Shown: positions 18,793 through 29,266, counted from the first letter of the stretch. The stretch: DNA of 54,364 nucleotides from Candidatus Magasanikiibacteriota bacterium (GCA_018652595.1 JABIBU010000001.1:1-54364); one strand, 5' to 3'. A program made the numbers and translations. The notes: generated from the sequence alone by a model not told the origin.

Positions 18793-20244
18793 ATGTTTAA
18801 ACGATTTTTTCTAAAACTTTCTATATTATTTTTTCTGATACTCGTTGCCGCTGGTGTATATGGATATTTTTGGGTAAAAAATTTAACTCCAGAAAAATTA
18901 TTGCAATCTAGTTTTGTTCAGGATCAGGTCAAAGAAAAATTGGGTGATGAGAATACAGAATTATTTAATTTGTTACCAAGATTCTTAGGATTCACTCAGC
19001 CGGTAAATTATTTATTATTATTCCAAAACAATACCGAGATTCGTCCTAGTGGTGGTTTTCTCGGAGTTTACGCAGTGGTTAGGGTAGATAAGGGTAAGAT
19101 GGAAGTTTTAAAAGTGGAGGGCACAGAGATTTTAGATAGAAATACACCAGAAGATTGGAAGCCAACCCCACCAAAAGTAATTTCTGAGCATCTAGATGTA
19201 GATCGTTGGTATTTTCGTGATGCCAATTGGTCACCAGATTATGTAGAGAGTGTAAAAAATGTACTAAAATTATACAAAGGTGAAGAAGGATTACTTGCAG
19301 ATGAGATTAATGCGGTTGTTGCCATTACGCCCACGGTATTAGAAAAATTTATAGAAAAAATTGGTCCTGTAGTTGTTCAAGATATAGAATTCACAGCTGA
19401 AAATGTAACTGAAAAATTGGAATACGAAGTAGAGTATGGTTATGACGATAAAGGAATTTCATTTCACGAGCGAAAGCAAATTATAGAGCCGTTTATGCTA
19501 GAGCTATTGAGTAGGTTAAAAATTAATAGCCTAACAAAAATACAAGATTATTTTGAAATAATTGAAGATTTAACAAAAGAAAAACATATTTTGATGTATA
19601 GTTTTGACGAAGATACACAAAAAGAATTTGATGATAGGGGTTGGTCTGGTCGAGTTGAAAAAACAGAAGGAGACTATCTAATGTGGGTGGATGCAAATTT
19701 GGCAGCTCTAAAAACTGACCACGCAATGGAAAGGGTTTTGAGCTACTCATTTGAACCTCGAGAAGACGGTGGGATACTCGCCACGGCTGAGATGGAATAT
19801 ATACATAATGGTAGTTTTGATTGGCGTACTAGTCGTTACCGAACTTATGCGCGTATCTATGTGCCAGTTGGTTCTGAATTTATTGATTCAGCTGGGTCAA
19901 TGGCTTGGGATAGGACTGATAAACTAGGCACAATTGATCAAGGCGAAGAATTGGGTAAGCAGTGGTTTGGTGCTTTTATTTCTATTGAACCAGGTAAGAC
20001 TGGGAAATTATCTTTTTCTTATCTTTTGCCCGAGTCAGTTTCCAAACAAATTGAAAACGGTTCGTATACATTATTTGTTCAAAAGCAGGCTGGTACAATT
20101 GATCACGGTTTGACTTTGGGGCTGAAATTTGGTAATAATATAGTGGCGGCTTCCCCAGAAGAAATTGAGTTAGAGTGGGGTGATTCAGTCTATAAGCGCT
20201 CTGATGACCTTAGAGTGGATAGGGAGTTTGAAGTCATCCTTTAA
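18793..20244 (+). CDS. DUF4012-like membrane-anchored protein
   Basis: YLLLFQNNTEIRPSGGFLG, RDANWSPD, YARIYVPVGS, QKQAG. Confidence 0.8.
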   Translation: MFKRFFLKLSILFFLILVAAGVYGYFWVKNLTPEKLLQSSFVQDQVKEKLGDENTELFNLLPRFLGFTQPVNYLLLFQNNTEIRPSGGFLGVYAVVRVDKGKMEVLKVEGTEILDRNTPEDWKPTPPKVISEHLDVDRWYFRDANWSPDYVESVKNVLKLYKGEEGLLADEINAVVAITPTVLEKFIEKIGPVVVQDIEFTAENVTEKLEYEVEYGYDDKGISFHERKQIIEPFMLELLSRLKINSLTKIQDYFEIIEDLTKEKHILMYSFDEDTQKEFDDRGWSGRVEKTEGDYLMWVDANLAALKTDHAMERVLSYSFEPREDGGILATAEMEYIHNGSFDWRTSRYRTYARIYVPVGSEFIDSAGSMAWDRTDKLGTIDQGEELGKQWFGAFISIEPGKTGKLSFSYLLPESVSKQIENGSYTLFVQKQAGTIDHGLTLGLKFGNNIVAASPEEIELEWGDSVYKRSDDLRVDREFEVIL

Positions 20245-20253
20245 TTTTCAAGT

Positions 20254-21261
20254 ATGTTAATAAAAAAAGTTGCAATTGATTTGGGAACAACAAATATCCT
20301 GGTACATGTACCTAGGCGTGGTATTGTGATTAATGAACCTTCAGTCGTAGCAGTCTCCAAAGGAGATAAGAAGATTTTGGCAGTTGGCGTAGAGGCAAAA
20401 GAGATGATTGGTAGAACACCTGACACTATTGTGGCAGAGAGACCTCTAAAGGATGGTGTAATTGCGAATTATCACACAACTGAGGCCATGATTAGGTACT
20501 TTATAAATAAAGCCCTAGGTGGTGTGAGACTCTTTCGTCCAGAAGTGATGATTGCTGTGCCTGCTGGTATTACATCTACAGAGAGACGTGCTGTGATTGA
20601 TGCTGCTGTTGCAGCTGGAGCACGCGCAGCTTATATTATAAAAGAACCTGTGGTGGCTGCAATTGGAGCTGATATTCCGATTGGTAGTGCATCAGGTCAC
20701 ATGATCATTGATATTGGTGGTGGTACTGCCGAGATTGCTGTGATTTCTCTAGGTGGAATAGTGTCAGTTGGCTCAGTTAGAATTGGTGGTAATAAATTTG
20801 ACGCATCAATTGCCGAGCATATTCGTCGAAAATATGGCCTAGCCATTGGTGAACAGCGCGCAGAAGAAGTAAAAATAAAAGTTGGTTCAGCTATGTTTAT
20901 GGATAAGCCACTTGTCATGGAAGTAAAAGGACGTGATGTAATTTCGGGTCTACCAAAAATAATAAAAGTAAGCTCAGAAGATGTCACCGAAGCTTTGCAA
21001 AATGATTTGCAAGGTTTGGTAGAAGCTGTAAAACAGGTTTTGCACGATACTCCTCCAGAATTATCCGCCGATGTGATGGACAAGGGGATTGTAATGTCTG
21101 GAGGTTCTAGTCAACTTCGTAATTTGGACGAACTATTCGCTGAGACTACTGGTGTGGCTTGTTATGTAGCAGACGAACCCATGCTTTGTGTGGCAAAGGG
21201 GACTGGTATTGCACTAGAAAATCTTGATAGTTACAAACGTTCAATATTGGCTACTAAATAA
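20254..21261 (+). CDS. mreB: Rod shape-determining protein MreB/Mbl
   Basis: IDLGT, EPSVVA, RPLKDGVIA, DIGGGT, TPPEL, SGGS. Confidence 0.95.
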   Translation: MLIKKVAIDLGTTNILVHVPRRGIVINEPSVVAVSKGDKKILAVGVEAKEMIGRTPDTIVAERPLKDGVIANYHTTEAMIRYFINKALGGVRLFRPEVMIAVPAGITSTERRAVIDAAVAAGARAAYIIKEPVVAAIGADIPIGSASGHMIIDIGGGTAEIAVISLGGIVSVGSVRIGGNKFDASIAEHIRRKYGLAIGEQRAEEVKIKVGSAMFMDKPLVMEVKGRDVISGLPKIIKVSSEDVTEALQNDLQGLVEAVKQVLHDTPPELSADVMDKGIVMSGGSSQLRNLDELFAETTGVACYVADEPMLCVAKGTGIALENLDSYKRSILATK

Positions 21262-21265
21262 TCCT

Positions 21266-22369
21266 ATGATAGTAGGTATTGATGCATCACGAGCAAACGA
21301 CGATAAAAAGACTGGCGTAGGCTGGTATGCATACCATACAATTCAAGAGTTTAAGAAAATAATACCCGACAATGTTCGGGTTGTTTTATATTCTAGAGAA
21401 AAATTAAAAGGTGAGTTGGCAATATTACCAGAAAATTGGGAAAGCAAAGTTTTGAAATGGTTACCAGGAAGACTGTGGACACAATTTAGACTGAGTCTCG
21501 AAATGCTTGTTTCTGCGCCTGATCTTTTATTTATTCCTGCTCATGTCTTTCCAATTATCCATCCCAAAAAAACTGTTATGGCACTGCATGATATTGCAGC
21601 CGTTAAGTTTCCAGAAGCTTACAATTGGTTTGAAAGGTGGTATACATTGTGGAGCGGAAGAGTTGCTTTGAAAAAATTATGGAGAGTAATTACAATAAGT
21701 CAATTTACAAAAAATGAATTAAAAAATGAATTTGGTGCTACAAATTTGGAAAAAGTAAAAATAACATATCTTGGCTATAATAAAGAGTGCGAAGAGATAG
21801 TAGAAAATGGTGTTGAAGTATTAAAGAAATATAAAATTGAAAAACCTTATTTGCTTTCAATTGGGAGATTGGAAGAGAAAAAGAATACAGTGAGGATAGT
21901 TAAAGCTTTTGAAAAAATAAAAAATAGACCCCAGACCCCAGACCCCAGACTCCAATTAGTTTTGGTAGGGTTAGAAGGCTTTGGTTATGAAAAAGTAAAA
22001 GATGTAATTGAAAATAGTGCATATAAAGACGATATTATTGTTCTGGGTTGGGTAGAAAATCAAGATTTACCAGCTTTGATGCAAAGTGCGGGTGTGTTTG
22101 TTTTTCCAAGTCTGTACGAAGGTTTTGGGATCCCTGTTTTGGAGGCTTTTGTATCTGGAACGCCAGTTGTGGCTTCTTCTGGCGGAGCTTCGCAAGAGAT
22201 AGGGGGAGATGCTTGTGAATATGTGGATCCGATGAGTGTAGGTGATATTGTCAGAGGGGTTGAAAAGGCTATACAGGGAAATAATATAGAAAAAGGAAAA
22301 GAGCGAGTGAAAAATTTTAGTTGGGAAAAGTGTGCTAGGGAAACATGGGAAGTTTTGAATTCTAACTAG
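21266..22369 (+). CDS. Glycosyltransferase family 4 (GT-B)
   Basis: Likely start is ATG 21266 (MIVGIDAS); TGVGWY, LHD, GRLEEKKN, FPSLYEGFGIPVLEA, FSWEKCA. Confidence 0.92.
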   Translation: MIVGIDASRANDDKKTGVGWYAYHTIQEFKKIIPDNVRVVLYSREKLKGELAILPENWESKVLKWLPGRLWTQFRLSLEMLVSAPDLLFIPAHVFPIIHPKKTVMALHDIAAVKFPEAYNWFERWYTLWSGRVALKKLWRVITISQFTKNELKNEFGATNLEKVKITYLGYNKECEEIVENGVEVLKKYKIEKPYLLSIGRLEEKKNTVRIVKAFEKIKNRPQTPDPRLQLVLVGLEGFGYEKVKDVIENSAYKDDIIVLGWVENQDLPALMQSAGVFVFPSLYEGFGIPVLEAFVSGTPVVASSGGASQEIGGDACEYVDPMSVGDIVRGVEKAIQGNNIEKGKERVKNFSWEKCARETWEVLNSN

Positions 22370-22391
22370 TTTTATGCTATTATAACTATAT

Positions 22392-23279
22392 ATGAATGAA
22401 ATTATCGGACATGACAAGATCCTAAATTTTTTTGATAGAGTAATGGAAAACGGCAATCTCAGTCATGCCTATTTATTTGTGGGGCCAGATCAGGTGGGCA
22501 AAAAGACAGTAGCTCAGGAAATGGGCTCTAAGATTTTGAAAGTGTCTAGAGATAAATTAAAGACTAGTCCTGATTATAGTTTTACCACCCAATTGTTTGA
22601 TGAAAAGACTGGTAAGACAAAAAAGAACATTATTATTGCTCAGATGAGAGAGCTTAGAGAGAATTTGGCTCGTCGATCGTATATGGGTGGCTATAAAATT
22701 GCTATAATAGACAGTGCTGACAAGATGAATATAGAAGCAGCCAATGCGTTACTTAAAACCTTGGAAGAGCCAAGTGAAAAGACAATTTTGTTTTTGATCA
22801 CAGATAATGATGTCGCTTTGCCCGCTACAATCAGATCGCGTTGTCAGATAATTCACTTTTCTTTGATACCAGAAGAATTATTAAAAAGTATTGCATCTGA
22901 TGAAGAAAAAATTAAATTATCACAAGGTAGGTCCGGTAGATTAATTGATTGGCAGAAAGACGAAGAAGAGTTTGTAAATTATAAAAAAGAAATAGATAGA
23001 TTTAATTCATTGTTTGATAGGCCTTTTTTTGAAAAATTAAAAAAAGTAGAAGAATTATTTGGTGATAAGAGCGATCATATTGGAACTAGAGAAAAATTGG
23101 ATAGCGCGCTATCTATCTGGCAGTCACAGGTTCGTGAAAGAGTGTTGATAGATTTGAATAGTAAAGAAAATAGAAATTTCTTACAAGTAGAAAAAAACAT
23201 CTTAAAGGCTAGAATGCTTTTGAAGCAAAATATCCATCCTAGGCTTTTGGTAGAAAATATTTTACTTTTAATACCATAA
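22392..23279 (+). CDS. holB: DNA polymerase III subunit delta'
   Basis: IIGH, SHAYLFVGP..VGK, AANALLKTLEEP, TIRSRC. Confidence 0.9.
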   Translation: MNEIIGHDKILNFFDRVMENGNLSHAYLFVGPDQVGKKTVAQEMGSKILKVSRDKLKTSPDYSFTTQLFDEKTGKTKKNIIIAQMRELRENLARRSYMGGYKIAIIDSADKMNIEAANALLKTLEEPSEKTILFLITDNDVALPATIRSRCQIIHFSLIPEELLKSIASDEEKIKLSQGRSGRLIDWQKDEEEFVNYKKEIDRFNSLFDRPFFEKLKKVEELFGDKSDHIGTREKLDSALSIWQSQVRERVLIDLNSKENRNFLQVEKNILKARMLLKQNIHPRLLVENILLLIP

Positions 23280-23316
23280 TTAGTTTATAAACTTTATAAT
23301 TTTTTAATAATAATCT

Positions 23317-24429
23317 ATGCGTAAAAATATATTTTTCTTGGTGGTGATTAGCTTTGCAATTTTGACAATGGGTGCTGGGTGTCTGTCTTTGTCTAATAGT
23401 AGTGCCGGTACGACTGGGCCAGCCGGGATGTTTGCTTCTACAGATAGGGGTGAGACTTGGCAACAGATTACGACTTGGCCAACAGTAGAAGGTGTAAAGA
23501 GTATTGCAGGTGTAAATGTATACCGAGTATTCGAAGATCCTCAAGACATAAAGACAATGTATTTGGCTAGTAGAAATGCAGGACTTTTTTATACCTATGA
23601 TGAGGGTCGCACTTGGCAACAAGAAGATTCTCCGCTAAATGCCGGATTTGTTTACAGTGTGGCTGTACATCCACAAAATAAATGTATTGTATACGCCACC
23701 AACGGAAGACAGGTTTTTAGGACAGATGATTGTTCACGCACATGGGTAGAGATGTATCGCGAATCTCGTAGTAGCGTTTCAATTAACAGCTTGGGCTTTA
23801 ATCAGTTTTCTCCATATCAGATATATGTAGGTCAATCCAACGGAGATTTATTACGTAGTTATGATAGTGGGAATAGTTGGAGTGTTGTCCATAGATTTGG
23901 CAATAGGGTAATGTATATTGTTAGTAGCCCTCTTCGTGAGAATTTGTCCTATGTAATAACAGCCAAAAAAGGACTTTTCCGGTCCGAAGACGGTGGTTCT
24001 ACTTGGGTATCCTTAAAGGATGGATTAAGTAAATTTTCTGGTGGTTCAGAGTATAGAAGACATTTATTGCATCCCACTGATCCAGACAGCTTTTATTGGA
24101 TCTCTACTTATGGAATTTTGCGAACACAAGATAGGGGGGAGACTTGGGAATCATACAGTTTGATTCATCCACCTGGAAGTGCTGATATATACGCATTTGC
24201 AGTGGACCCTACAGACGATAACAAGATGTATTACACTGCTACCATCGGTGTTAGGTCTACTTTTTATAAGAGTCTAGATGGTGGTAAAAATTGGATTACC
24301 AAAAAATTACCCTCTGGTCAGTATCCAATAGTATTACGAGTGCATCCAGAAAATACCAATATTCTATATCTTGGTTTTACTGTTCCGCCTCAAGCCAAAA
24401 AAACAGCACCTAAATTATATAATAATTAA
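23317..24429 (+). CDS. Lipoprotein with BNR/Asp-box beta-propeller (YCF48/sortilin-like)
   Basis: MGAGC lipobox; repeated S.D.G.TW motifs. Confidence 0.8.
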   Translation: MRKNIFFLVVISFAILTMGAGCLSLSNSSAGTTGPAGMFASTDRGETWQQITTWPTVEGVKSIAGVNVYRVFEDPQDIKTMYLASRNAGLFYTYDEGRTWQQEDSPLNAGFVYSVAVHPQNKCIVYATNGRQVFRTDDCSRTWVEMYRESRSSVSINSLGFNQFSPYQIYVGQSNGDLLRSYDSGNSWSVVHRFGNRVMYIVSSPLRENLSYVITAKKGLFRSEDGGSTWVSLKDGLSKFSGGSEYRRHLLHPTDPDSFYWISTYGILRTQDRGETWESYSLIHPPGSADIYAFAVDPTDDNKMYYTATIGVRSTFYKSLDGGKNWITKKLPSGQYPIVLRVHPENTNILYLGFTVPPQAKKTAPKLYNN

Positions 24430-24438
24430 TTTAATACT

Positions 24439-24990
24439 ATGAGTTTTGTAGAACAGCGTAAGGAGGATTTTGAAAAGACGATTATTCATTTTAGGCAAGA
24501 GATTACATCTTTACGTACGGGACGTGCTACACCTGCCCTAGTAGAGGACATCGCAGTAGAATCTTATGGTACCAAACAGCCAATGAAGGCGGTTGCTTCA
24601 ATTTCTGTACAAGATGCCAAGACTATTGTAGTGGATCCATGGGATAAGGGTCTAGTACAAGCCGTAGAGACTGCGATTCGCAATTCTCAGCTCGGGATTA
24701 ATCCAGTAAACGATGGTAAGGTAATTCGTCTACCGCTTCCTGATCTTACCCAAGAGCGCCGTCAGGAACTTATAAAAGTACTTCATCAAAAACTGGAAAG
24801 TGCTCGTGTGTCTATAAGAAAAATTAGAGAAGATATTCGTGATGAGATTGATAAGCAGTTCAAGAATAATGATATTGGTGAAGATGATAAATACAAGCTA
24901 CAAGAAGAGCTGGATAAGATTGTAAAGGATTATAATGAGAAAGTAAAAGCGATTGGAGAAGATAAGGAAAAGGAAATAAATACTATATAA
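24439..24990 (+). CDS. frr: Ribosome recycling factor
   Basis: LRTGRATP, GINPVNDG, PDLTQERR, ARVSIR. Confidence 0.97.
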   Translation: MSFVEQRKEDFEKTIIHFRQEITSLRTGRATPALVEDIAVESYGTKQPMKAVASISVQDAKTIVVDPWDKGLVQAVETAIRNSQLGINPVNDGKVIRLPLPDLTQERRQELIKVLHQKLESARVSIRKIREDIRDEIDKQFKNNDIGEDDKYKLQEELDKIVKDYNEKVKAIGEDKEKEINTI

Positions 24991-25019
24991 TTTCAGATAA
25001 TAGTTTTGTAGACAACAGA

Positions 25020-25050
25020 CAACAATCCCACGAAAGTGGGGTTGTTTTTT
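25020..25050 (+). terminator. Terminator after frr
   Basis: aacaatcccac-gaaa-gtggggttgtttttt. Confidence 0.8.
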
Positions 25051-25153
25051 ATCCCCTCTTGAGAGGGGTGCCCGAAGGGTGGGGTGTGCTGTCCAACGTT
25101 CGCCAACACACCTAGGCACTCGTTCCTCGTGTTCACCCCTCTCAAGAGGGGAA
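25051..25153. repeat. Non-autonomous palindromic element with CCCCTCTTGAGAGGGG / CCCCTCTCAAGAGGGG ends
   Basis: The two 16-bp ends are reverse complements of each other; architecture resembles the flanks of the DUF559 gene at 40811-41318. Confidence 0.75.
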
Positions 25154-25270
25154 CTAATATCAGATCTCTTGATTTTTTTGTAATAGTATGTAATAATTGT
25201 TGTAGTTTATTTTTGATCAACTTTGATCAGCATAACTGCCCCTATGCTAGGTGGGGCGAGGAGAGGTTAG

Positions 25271-25996
25271 ATGCGTGAGGAGAAAGGATTTAAGTTTACT
25301 GGTCTGTTAGCGAGTCGACCAAAGCAGTTTGTTTTGTGCGCCTTGGCGCTTTTAGTGGCATCTTCTTTGATTGGAGTGGCCATATGGCATAAGATTACCT
25401 ATGGCTCTATCCTTAATAAGGAAGACAGTGCGAAACCGAAACAATCTCAAGTCGAAATCATTGTAGAGGTAGACGAAGAGATGACAGAAGCTTTTCTTCA
25501 GAAGATCCGAAGAGAGGAGCGGGAAAACGGCCGAAGGGTTCAAGAACTTCTCGGATGTGGATTTGACCAGTGCGAAGAGTACTGCCTTTTGGATTTTCCC
25601 CACGAGCTCGTCAATGAGTTTGAGGTGAATGAGAAGGAAATACTCCAAAAGTTCTGGGAATCAGCTGGGGACATGGATGTCTGGGAGGATGACGGATTTT
25701 ACTATCGCCGCAGGGTGATGGCGGTGATGAAGATCATGCGTGAGAAGGACGCGGAGATTGATCGGCTTCGTCCTGCAGGTGATCCTGTCATAGAGGAGAG
25801 GAAGGCGTTTTTCAAGGAGCAATGTAGTCTCTGCCACATAGTGGATGATCGAACACTGGATCGATGGTCTCTTTTAGAGGAGGTAGAGAGTAGTTCTCGT
25901 GGTGGATTGGATGCTTTACCAGAAGGCGAGGAGGCTCCTCCCGGACATAAGTACCCGCCTCGGATTCGTAAAGAGGTGGGTACCGGCCCGCTGTAG
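25271..25996 (+). CDS. Orphan membrane-anchored protein containing a CxxCH motif
   Basis: N-terminal TM, acidic composition, FFKEQCSLCH; SD-like GAGGAGAGG upstream; visibly more GC-rich than its neighbours. Confidence 0.6.
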   Translation: MREEKGFKFTGLLASRPKQFVLCALALLVASSLIGVAIWHKITYGSILNKEDSAKPKQSQVEIIVEVDEEMTEAFLQKIRREERENGRRVQELLGCGFDQCEEYCLLDFPHELVNEFEVNEKEILQKFWESAGDMDVWEDDGFYYRRRVMAVMKIMREKDAEIDRLRPAGDPVIEERKAFFKEQCSLCHIVDDRTLDRWSLLEEVESSSRGGLDALPEGEEAPPGHKYPPRIRKEVGTGPL

Positions 25997-26056
25997 CTGG
26001 ACCTGCAACAAAGGGGGGAAGTCTGGTCGGTGTTCTAGCCACTGACCAGACAACCC

Positions 26057-26085
26057 TTGACTTCTACTACGAAAAATAGTATATT
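26057..26085 (+). promoter_or_regulatory. Sigma70 promoter of the glyQS leader
   Basis: TTGACT-N17-TATATT. Confidence 0.75.
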
Positions 26086-26099
26086 ATATCTATCCAATA

Positions 26100-26278
26100 T
26101 TGATCAGGAGATTGGCAACTTGGGAGTTGGATACAAATCTAACGAGTGGTCCGCCCTGGGCGGATAACCCGGGTGGAACCGTCCTTCGCTCTTCGCTACG
26201 CTCAGAGCTACGGACGGCAGGCCTCAAGCTTGTCGTTTAGAAGGACCCCGAGACCGATTTTTACGGTCTTTTTATTTT
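26100..26278 (+). promoter_or_regulatory. T-box-like leader of glycyl-tRNA synthetase
   Basis: Antiterminator CGGG-TGGAACC-GTCCTTC...GAAGGAC-CCCG, preceding tccgcc/ggcgga hairpin, candidate GGC specifier at 26114-26116, terminator agaccg/cggtct plus U-run. Confidence 0.72.
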
Positions 26279-26334
26279 GTTTAAAATTTGTTATAATTAG
26301 CAATAAGAAAAAAGGAAATTAATCTTAAAATTGT

Positions 26335-27714
26335 ATGTCAAAATTAGAATCTCTCGAACATATCGTATCCTTTGCAAAACGGCGTGGTTTTATATTTCAA
26401 TCCTCAGAAATTTATGGAGGCTTGTCATCTTGTTATGATTACGGTCCACTTGGAGTTGAGCTAAAAAACAATGTAAAAAAGGCTTGGTGGAAGGCCATGG
26501 TGCAAGACAGAAATGATGTAGTCGGACTAGACGCATCAATCTTGATGCATCCCAAAGTTTGGGAAGCTAGTGGACATTTAGAGGGTTTTACAGATCCTTT
26601 GGTTGATTGCAAAGAATGCAAAAAACGTTGGCGAGCTGATCATTTGCTAGAAGCAAAAGGTATTAAGCCGACTTTTGAGCCAGGTGACTGGGGAAATCAC
26701 AAAGTAAGATGTCCAGAGTGTGAGGGTGAGCTTACTGAAGTGAGAAAGTTCAATCTAATGTTCAAGACTCAGATGGGTGCACTTGAGGATGAGGCTGATG
26801 AAGTATATCTTCGTCCAGAGACTTGTCAGGGTATTTATACCAATTTTTTAAATGTTCAAAATACAATGAGAAAAAAACTTCCATTTGGTATTGCCCAGAT
26901 TGGAAAGGCTTTTCGAAATGAAATTACTCCGGGTCATTTTACTTTCAGAACTCGTGAGTTTGAGCAGATGGAACAGCAGTATTTTTCTCATCCAGATGAC
27001 AAAAAGAAGATATTTGATATGTGGCAAGAGGCAAGAATGAAATGGTATTTAGATCTAGGAATAAAAAAAGAAAATCTTCAATTTCGCGAACATGATCCTG
27101 ATGAGCTAGCCCACTATGCTTCCAGAGCTCTCGACATTGAATATAATTATCCTGGTATGGGATTTAGTGAATTGGCAGGTATTCACGATCGTGGTGATTG
27201 GGATCTTACCCGCCATAGTGAATTTAGCGGTGAGAAGCTAGAATATTTTGATCAGCAAGAAAATAAAAAATACATTCCACATATTATCGAGACTTCAGAT
27301 GGAGCTGACAGGGCTACACTAGCATTTTTGGTAGATGCTTATGACGAAGTAGAGACTAGAAGTGGTGAAGAGGGTGGTAAACATGAAAAAGAAGTGGTGC
27401 TTAGACTTCATAAAAGCCTAGCTCCAATTAAAGTCGCTATTCTACCATTATCCAAAAAAGAACCTTTACAAAAATTGTCAGACGAAATTCAGACTGAGCT
27501 TCGTCAGAATTTAATGACAATGTACGATGAAACAGGTTCAATTGGAAAAAGATACAGAAGACAAGATGAGATTGGAACTCCTTATTGTGTGACAGTTGAC
27601 TTCGATAGTTTGGAAGACAAGGCGGTGACAGTGAGAGATAGAGATACAATGGAGCAAGAGAGAATTAAGATTGGTGAATTAGACCGGTGGTTCAAAGAAA
27701 AATTTAATTTTTAG
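26335..27714 (+). CDS. glyQS: Glycine--tRNA ligase (alpha2, class IIa)
   Basis: [59 protein letters not shown]. Confidence 0.97.
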   Translation: MSKLESLEHIVSFAKRRGFIFQSSEIYGGLSSCYDYGPLGVELKNNVKKAWWKAMVQDRNDVVGLDASILMHPKVWEASGHLEGFTDPLVDCKECKKRWRADHLLEAKGIKPTFEPGDWGNHKVRCPECEGELTEVRKFNLMFKTQMGALEDEADEVYLRPETCQGIYTNFLNVQNTMRKKLPFGIAQIGKAFRNEITPGHFTFRTREFEQMEQQYFSHPDDKKKIFDMWQEARMKWYLDLGIKKENLQFREHDPDELAHYASRALDIEYNYPGMGFSELAGIHDRGDWDLTRHSEFSGEKLEYFDQQENKKYIPHIIETSDGADRATLAFLVDAYDEVETRSGEEGGKHEKEVVLRLHKSLAPIKVAILPLSKKEPLQKLSDEIQTELRQNLMTMYDETGSIGKRYRRQDEIGTPYCVTVDFDSLEDKAVTVRDRDTMEQERIKIGELDRWFKEKFNF

Positions 27715-27718
27715 TTAT

Positions 27719-27985
27719 ATGGATAAGCGATTACTTTCACGAGAAGGGCAAATTGATTTAATGCGCGAGGAGGGGCTTTTGGCTAAACCAGGTAGAGAAA
27801 AAAAGAAGTTAGAAAAGACCTCAAAAGAAAAGAAAGAACATGAACCCCAAAAGCTCACATTTGATAAAGAGACCGGTATTGCTATTTGTGAAGATTGCAA
27901 TAAACCTATAACTGACGCAAGAGGCTGTCCAAATTGTATACATAACGCTTATAGAGATGAGAATCCTTTTGAGCCGAATGAATAG
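27719..27985 (+). CDS. Small hypothetical zinc-ribbon protein
   Basis: CEDC...CPNC; tightly packed within the operon. Confidence 0.55.
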   Translation: MDKRLLSREGQIDLMREEGLLAKPGREKKKLEKTSKEKKEHEPQKLTFDKETGIAICEDCNKPITDARGCPNCIHNAYRDENPFEPNE

Positions 27986-27991
27986 TTATTT

Positions 27992-29266
27992 ATGAAACAA
28001 AAAAACATGTTCAAAAAAACCCAACTTAAAAATAAGACAAATCTATTTTTAGTCCCGCTTGAAAATACACAGGCGGTGACTGTTTTGGTAATGTATCCTG
28101 TTGGTTCTCGTTATGAATCAGAAAAGTTATCAGGCGTGTCTCACTATATTGAACATCTAATGTTTAAGGGGACAAAAAAACGTCCAACCACACTAAAGTT
28201 GACTCGAGAGATTGATCGGCTTGGTGCACACTATAATGCTTTTACTAGTAAAGAATATACTGGATATTATATTACAACTGATAAGAAATATACTGATAAA
28301 TCTTTAGATATTTTGTCAGATATGTTGTATGGATCACTTTTTGATAAAAAAGAAATGGAAAGAGAAAAAGGTCCCATTGTTGAAGAGATTAGAATGTACA
28401 AAGATAACCCAATCATGAATATTAATAATATTTTTGAGGAATTAATGTACGATGGTTCTCCACTTGGGCGCGATATTGCAGGTACAGAAAAACATGTACT
28501 AAGCTATAAGCGAGATGATGTTTTGAAATTTCGAGATAAATACTACAGTCCAGCAAATATGACACTCGTGGTTGCTGGGGCAATAGATGATAGTACCAAA
28601 AAACTTATTGAACAATATTTTGGTTTAGAAAAAAATGGAAAAAATATATCAAAAGTGTTTAAACCATTTTGCTTTGGTTCTGGTATAAAAAAAGATAGAA
28701 TCAGAGTAGAACATAAAAAAACAGATCAAGCACAGCTAATGCTTGGTTTTCCGGGTTTCAAATATACTGACAAAGAAAATACAGTGGATACGCTTATGAA
28801 TACTATTTTGGGTGGTACGATGAGTTCCCGTTTATTTATTCAAATTCGTGAGAGAAGAGGGTTGGCATATTTTATTCGCAGTGGCTCTGATAATTTTAGA
28901 GATACAGGGTACTCATATGTTCGTGTTGCTCTAGAAGCAAAAAATATCAACAAAGCAATATCTGTGATCAAAAAAGAAATAGAAAAATTAATAGAAAAAG
29001 GACCCACAAAAAAAGAATTAGAAGATGCAAAGACACATATCCGCGGTTCAATGACACTTTCCTTGGAAAGTTCTAGTGCTCAAGCTAGTTGGTATGCACA
29101 TCGAGCATTATTTGCGGATAAAATTCAGACACCCGAAGAAAAATTAGCAGAATTAGAAAAAGTAACCATTGAAGATATTAAACGCGTAGCAAAGAAAATA
29201 TTTAAGTGGGATAAGATGAGAGTGGCAATTATAGGGGATGTGAAGAGAGGGGAAATAGAGTTTTAA
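27992..29266 (+). CDS. M16 (pitrilysin family) zinc peptidase
   Basis: GSRYE, HYIEHLMFKGT (HxxEH), NAFTS, SSRLF..IRERRGLAY. Confidence 0.94.
   Translation: MKQKNMFKKTQLKNKTNLFLVPLENTQAVTVLVMYPVGSRYESEKLSGVSHYIEHLMFKGTKKRPTTLKLTREIDRLGAHYNAFTSKEYTGYYITTDKKYTDKSLDILSDMLYGSLFDKKEMEREKGPIVEEIRMYKDNPIMNINNIFEELMYDGSPLGRDIAGTEKHVLSYKRDDVLKFRDKYYSPANMTLVVAGAIDDSTKKLIEQYFGLEKNGKNISKVFKPFCFGSGIKKDRIRVEHKKTDQAQLMLGFPGFKYTDKENTVDTLMNTILGGTMSSRLFIQIRERRGLAYFIRSGSDNFRDTGYSYVRVALEAKNINKAISVIKKEIEKLIEKGPTKKELEDAKTHIRGSMTLSLESSSAQASWYAHRALFADKIQTPEEKLAELEKVTIEDIKRVAKKIFKWDKMRVAIIGDVKRGEIEF

Noticed and set aside
24898-25278. Short ORFs over the palindromic element
   Set aside because: Translations such as HPSQEG and PLSRGD derive from the repeat, with no independent coding evidence.
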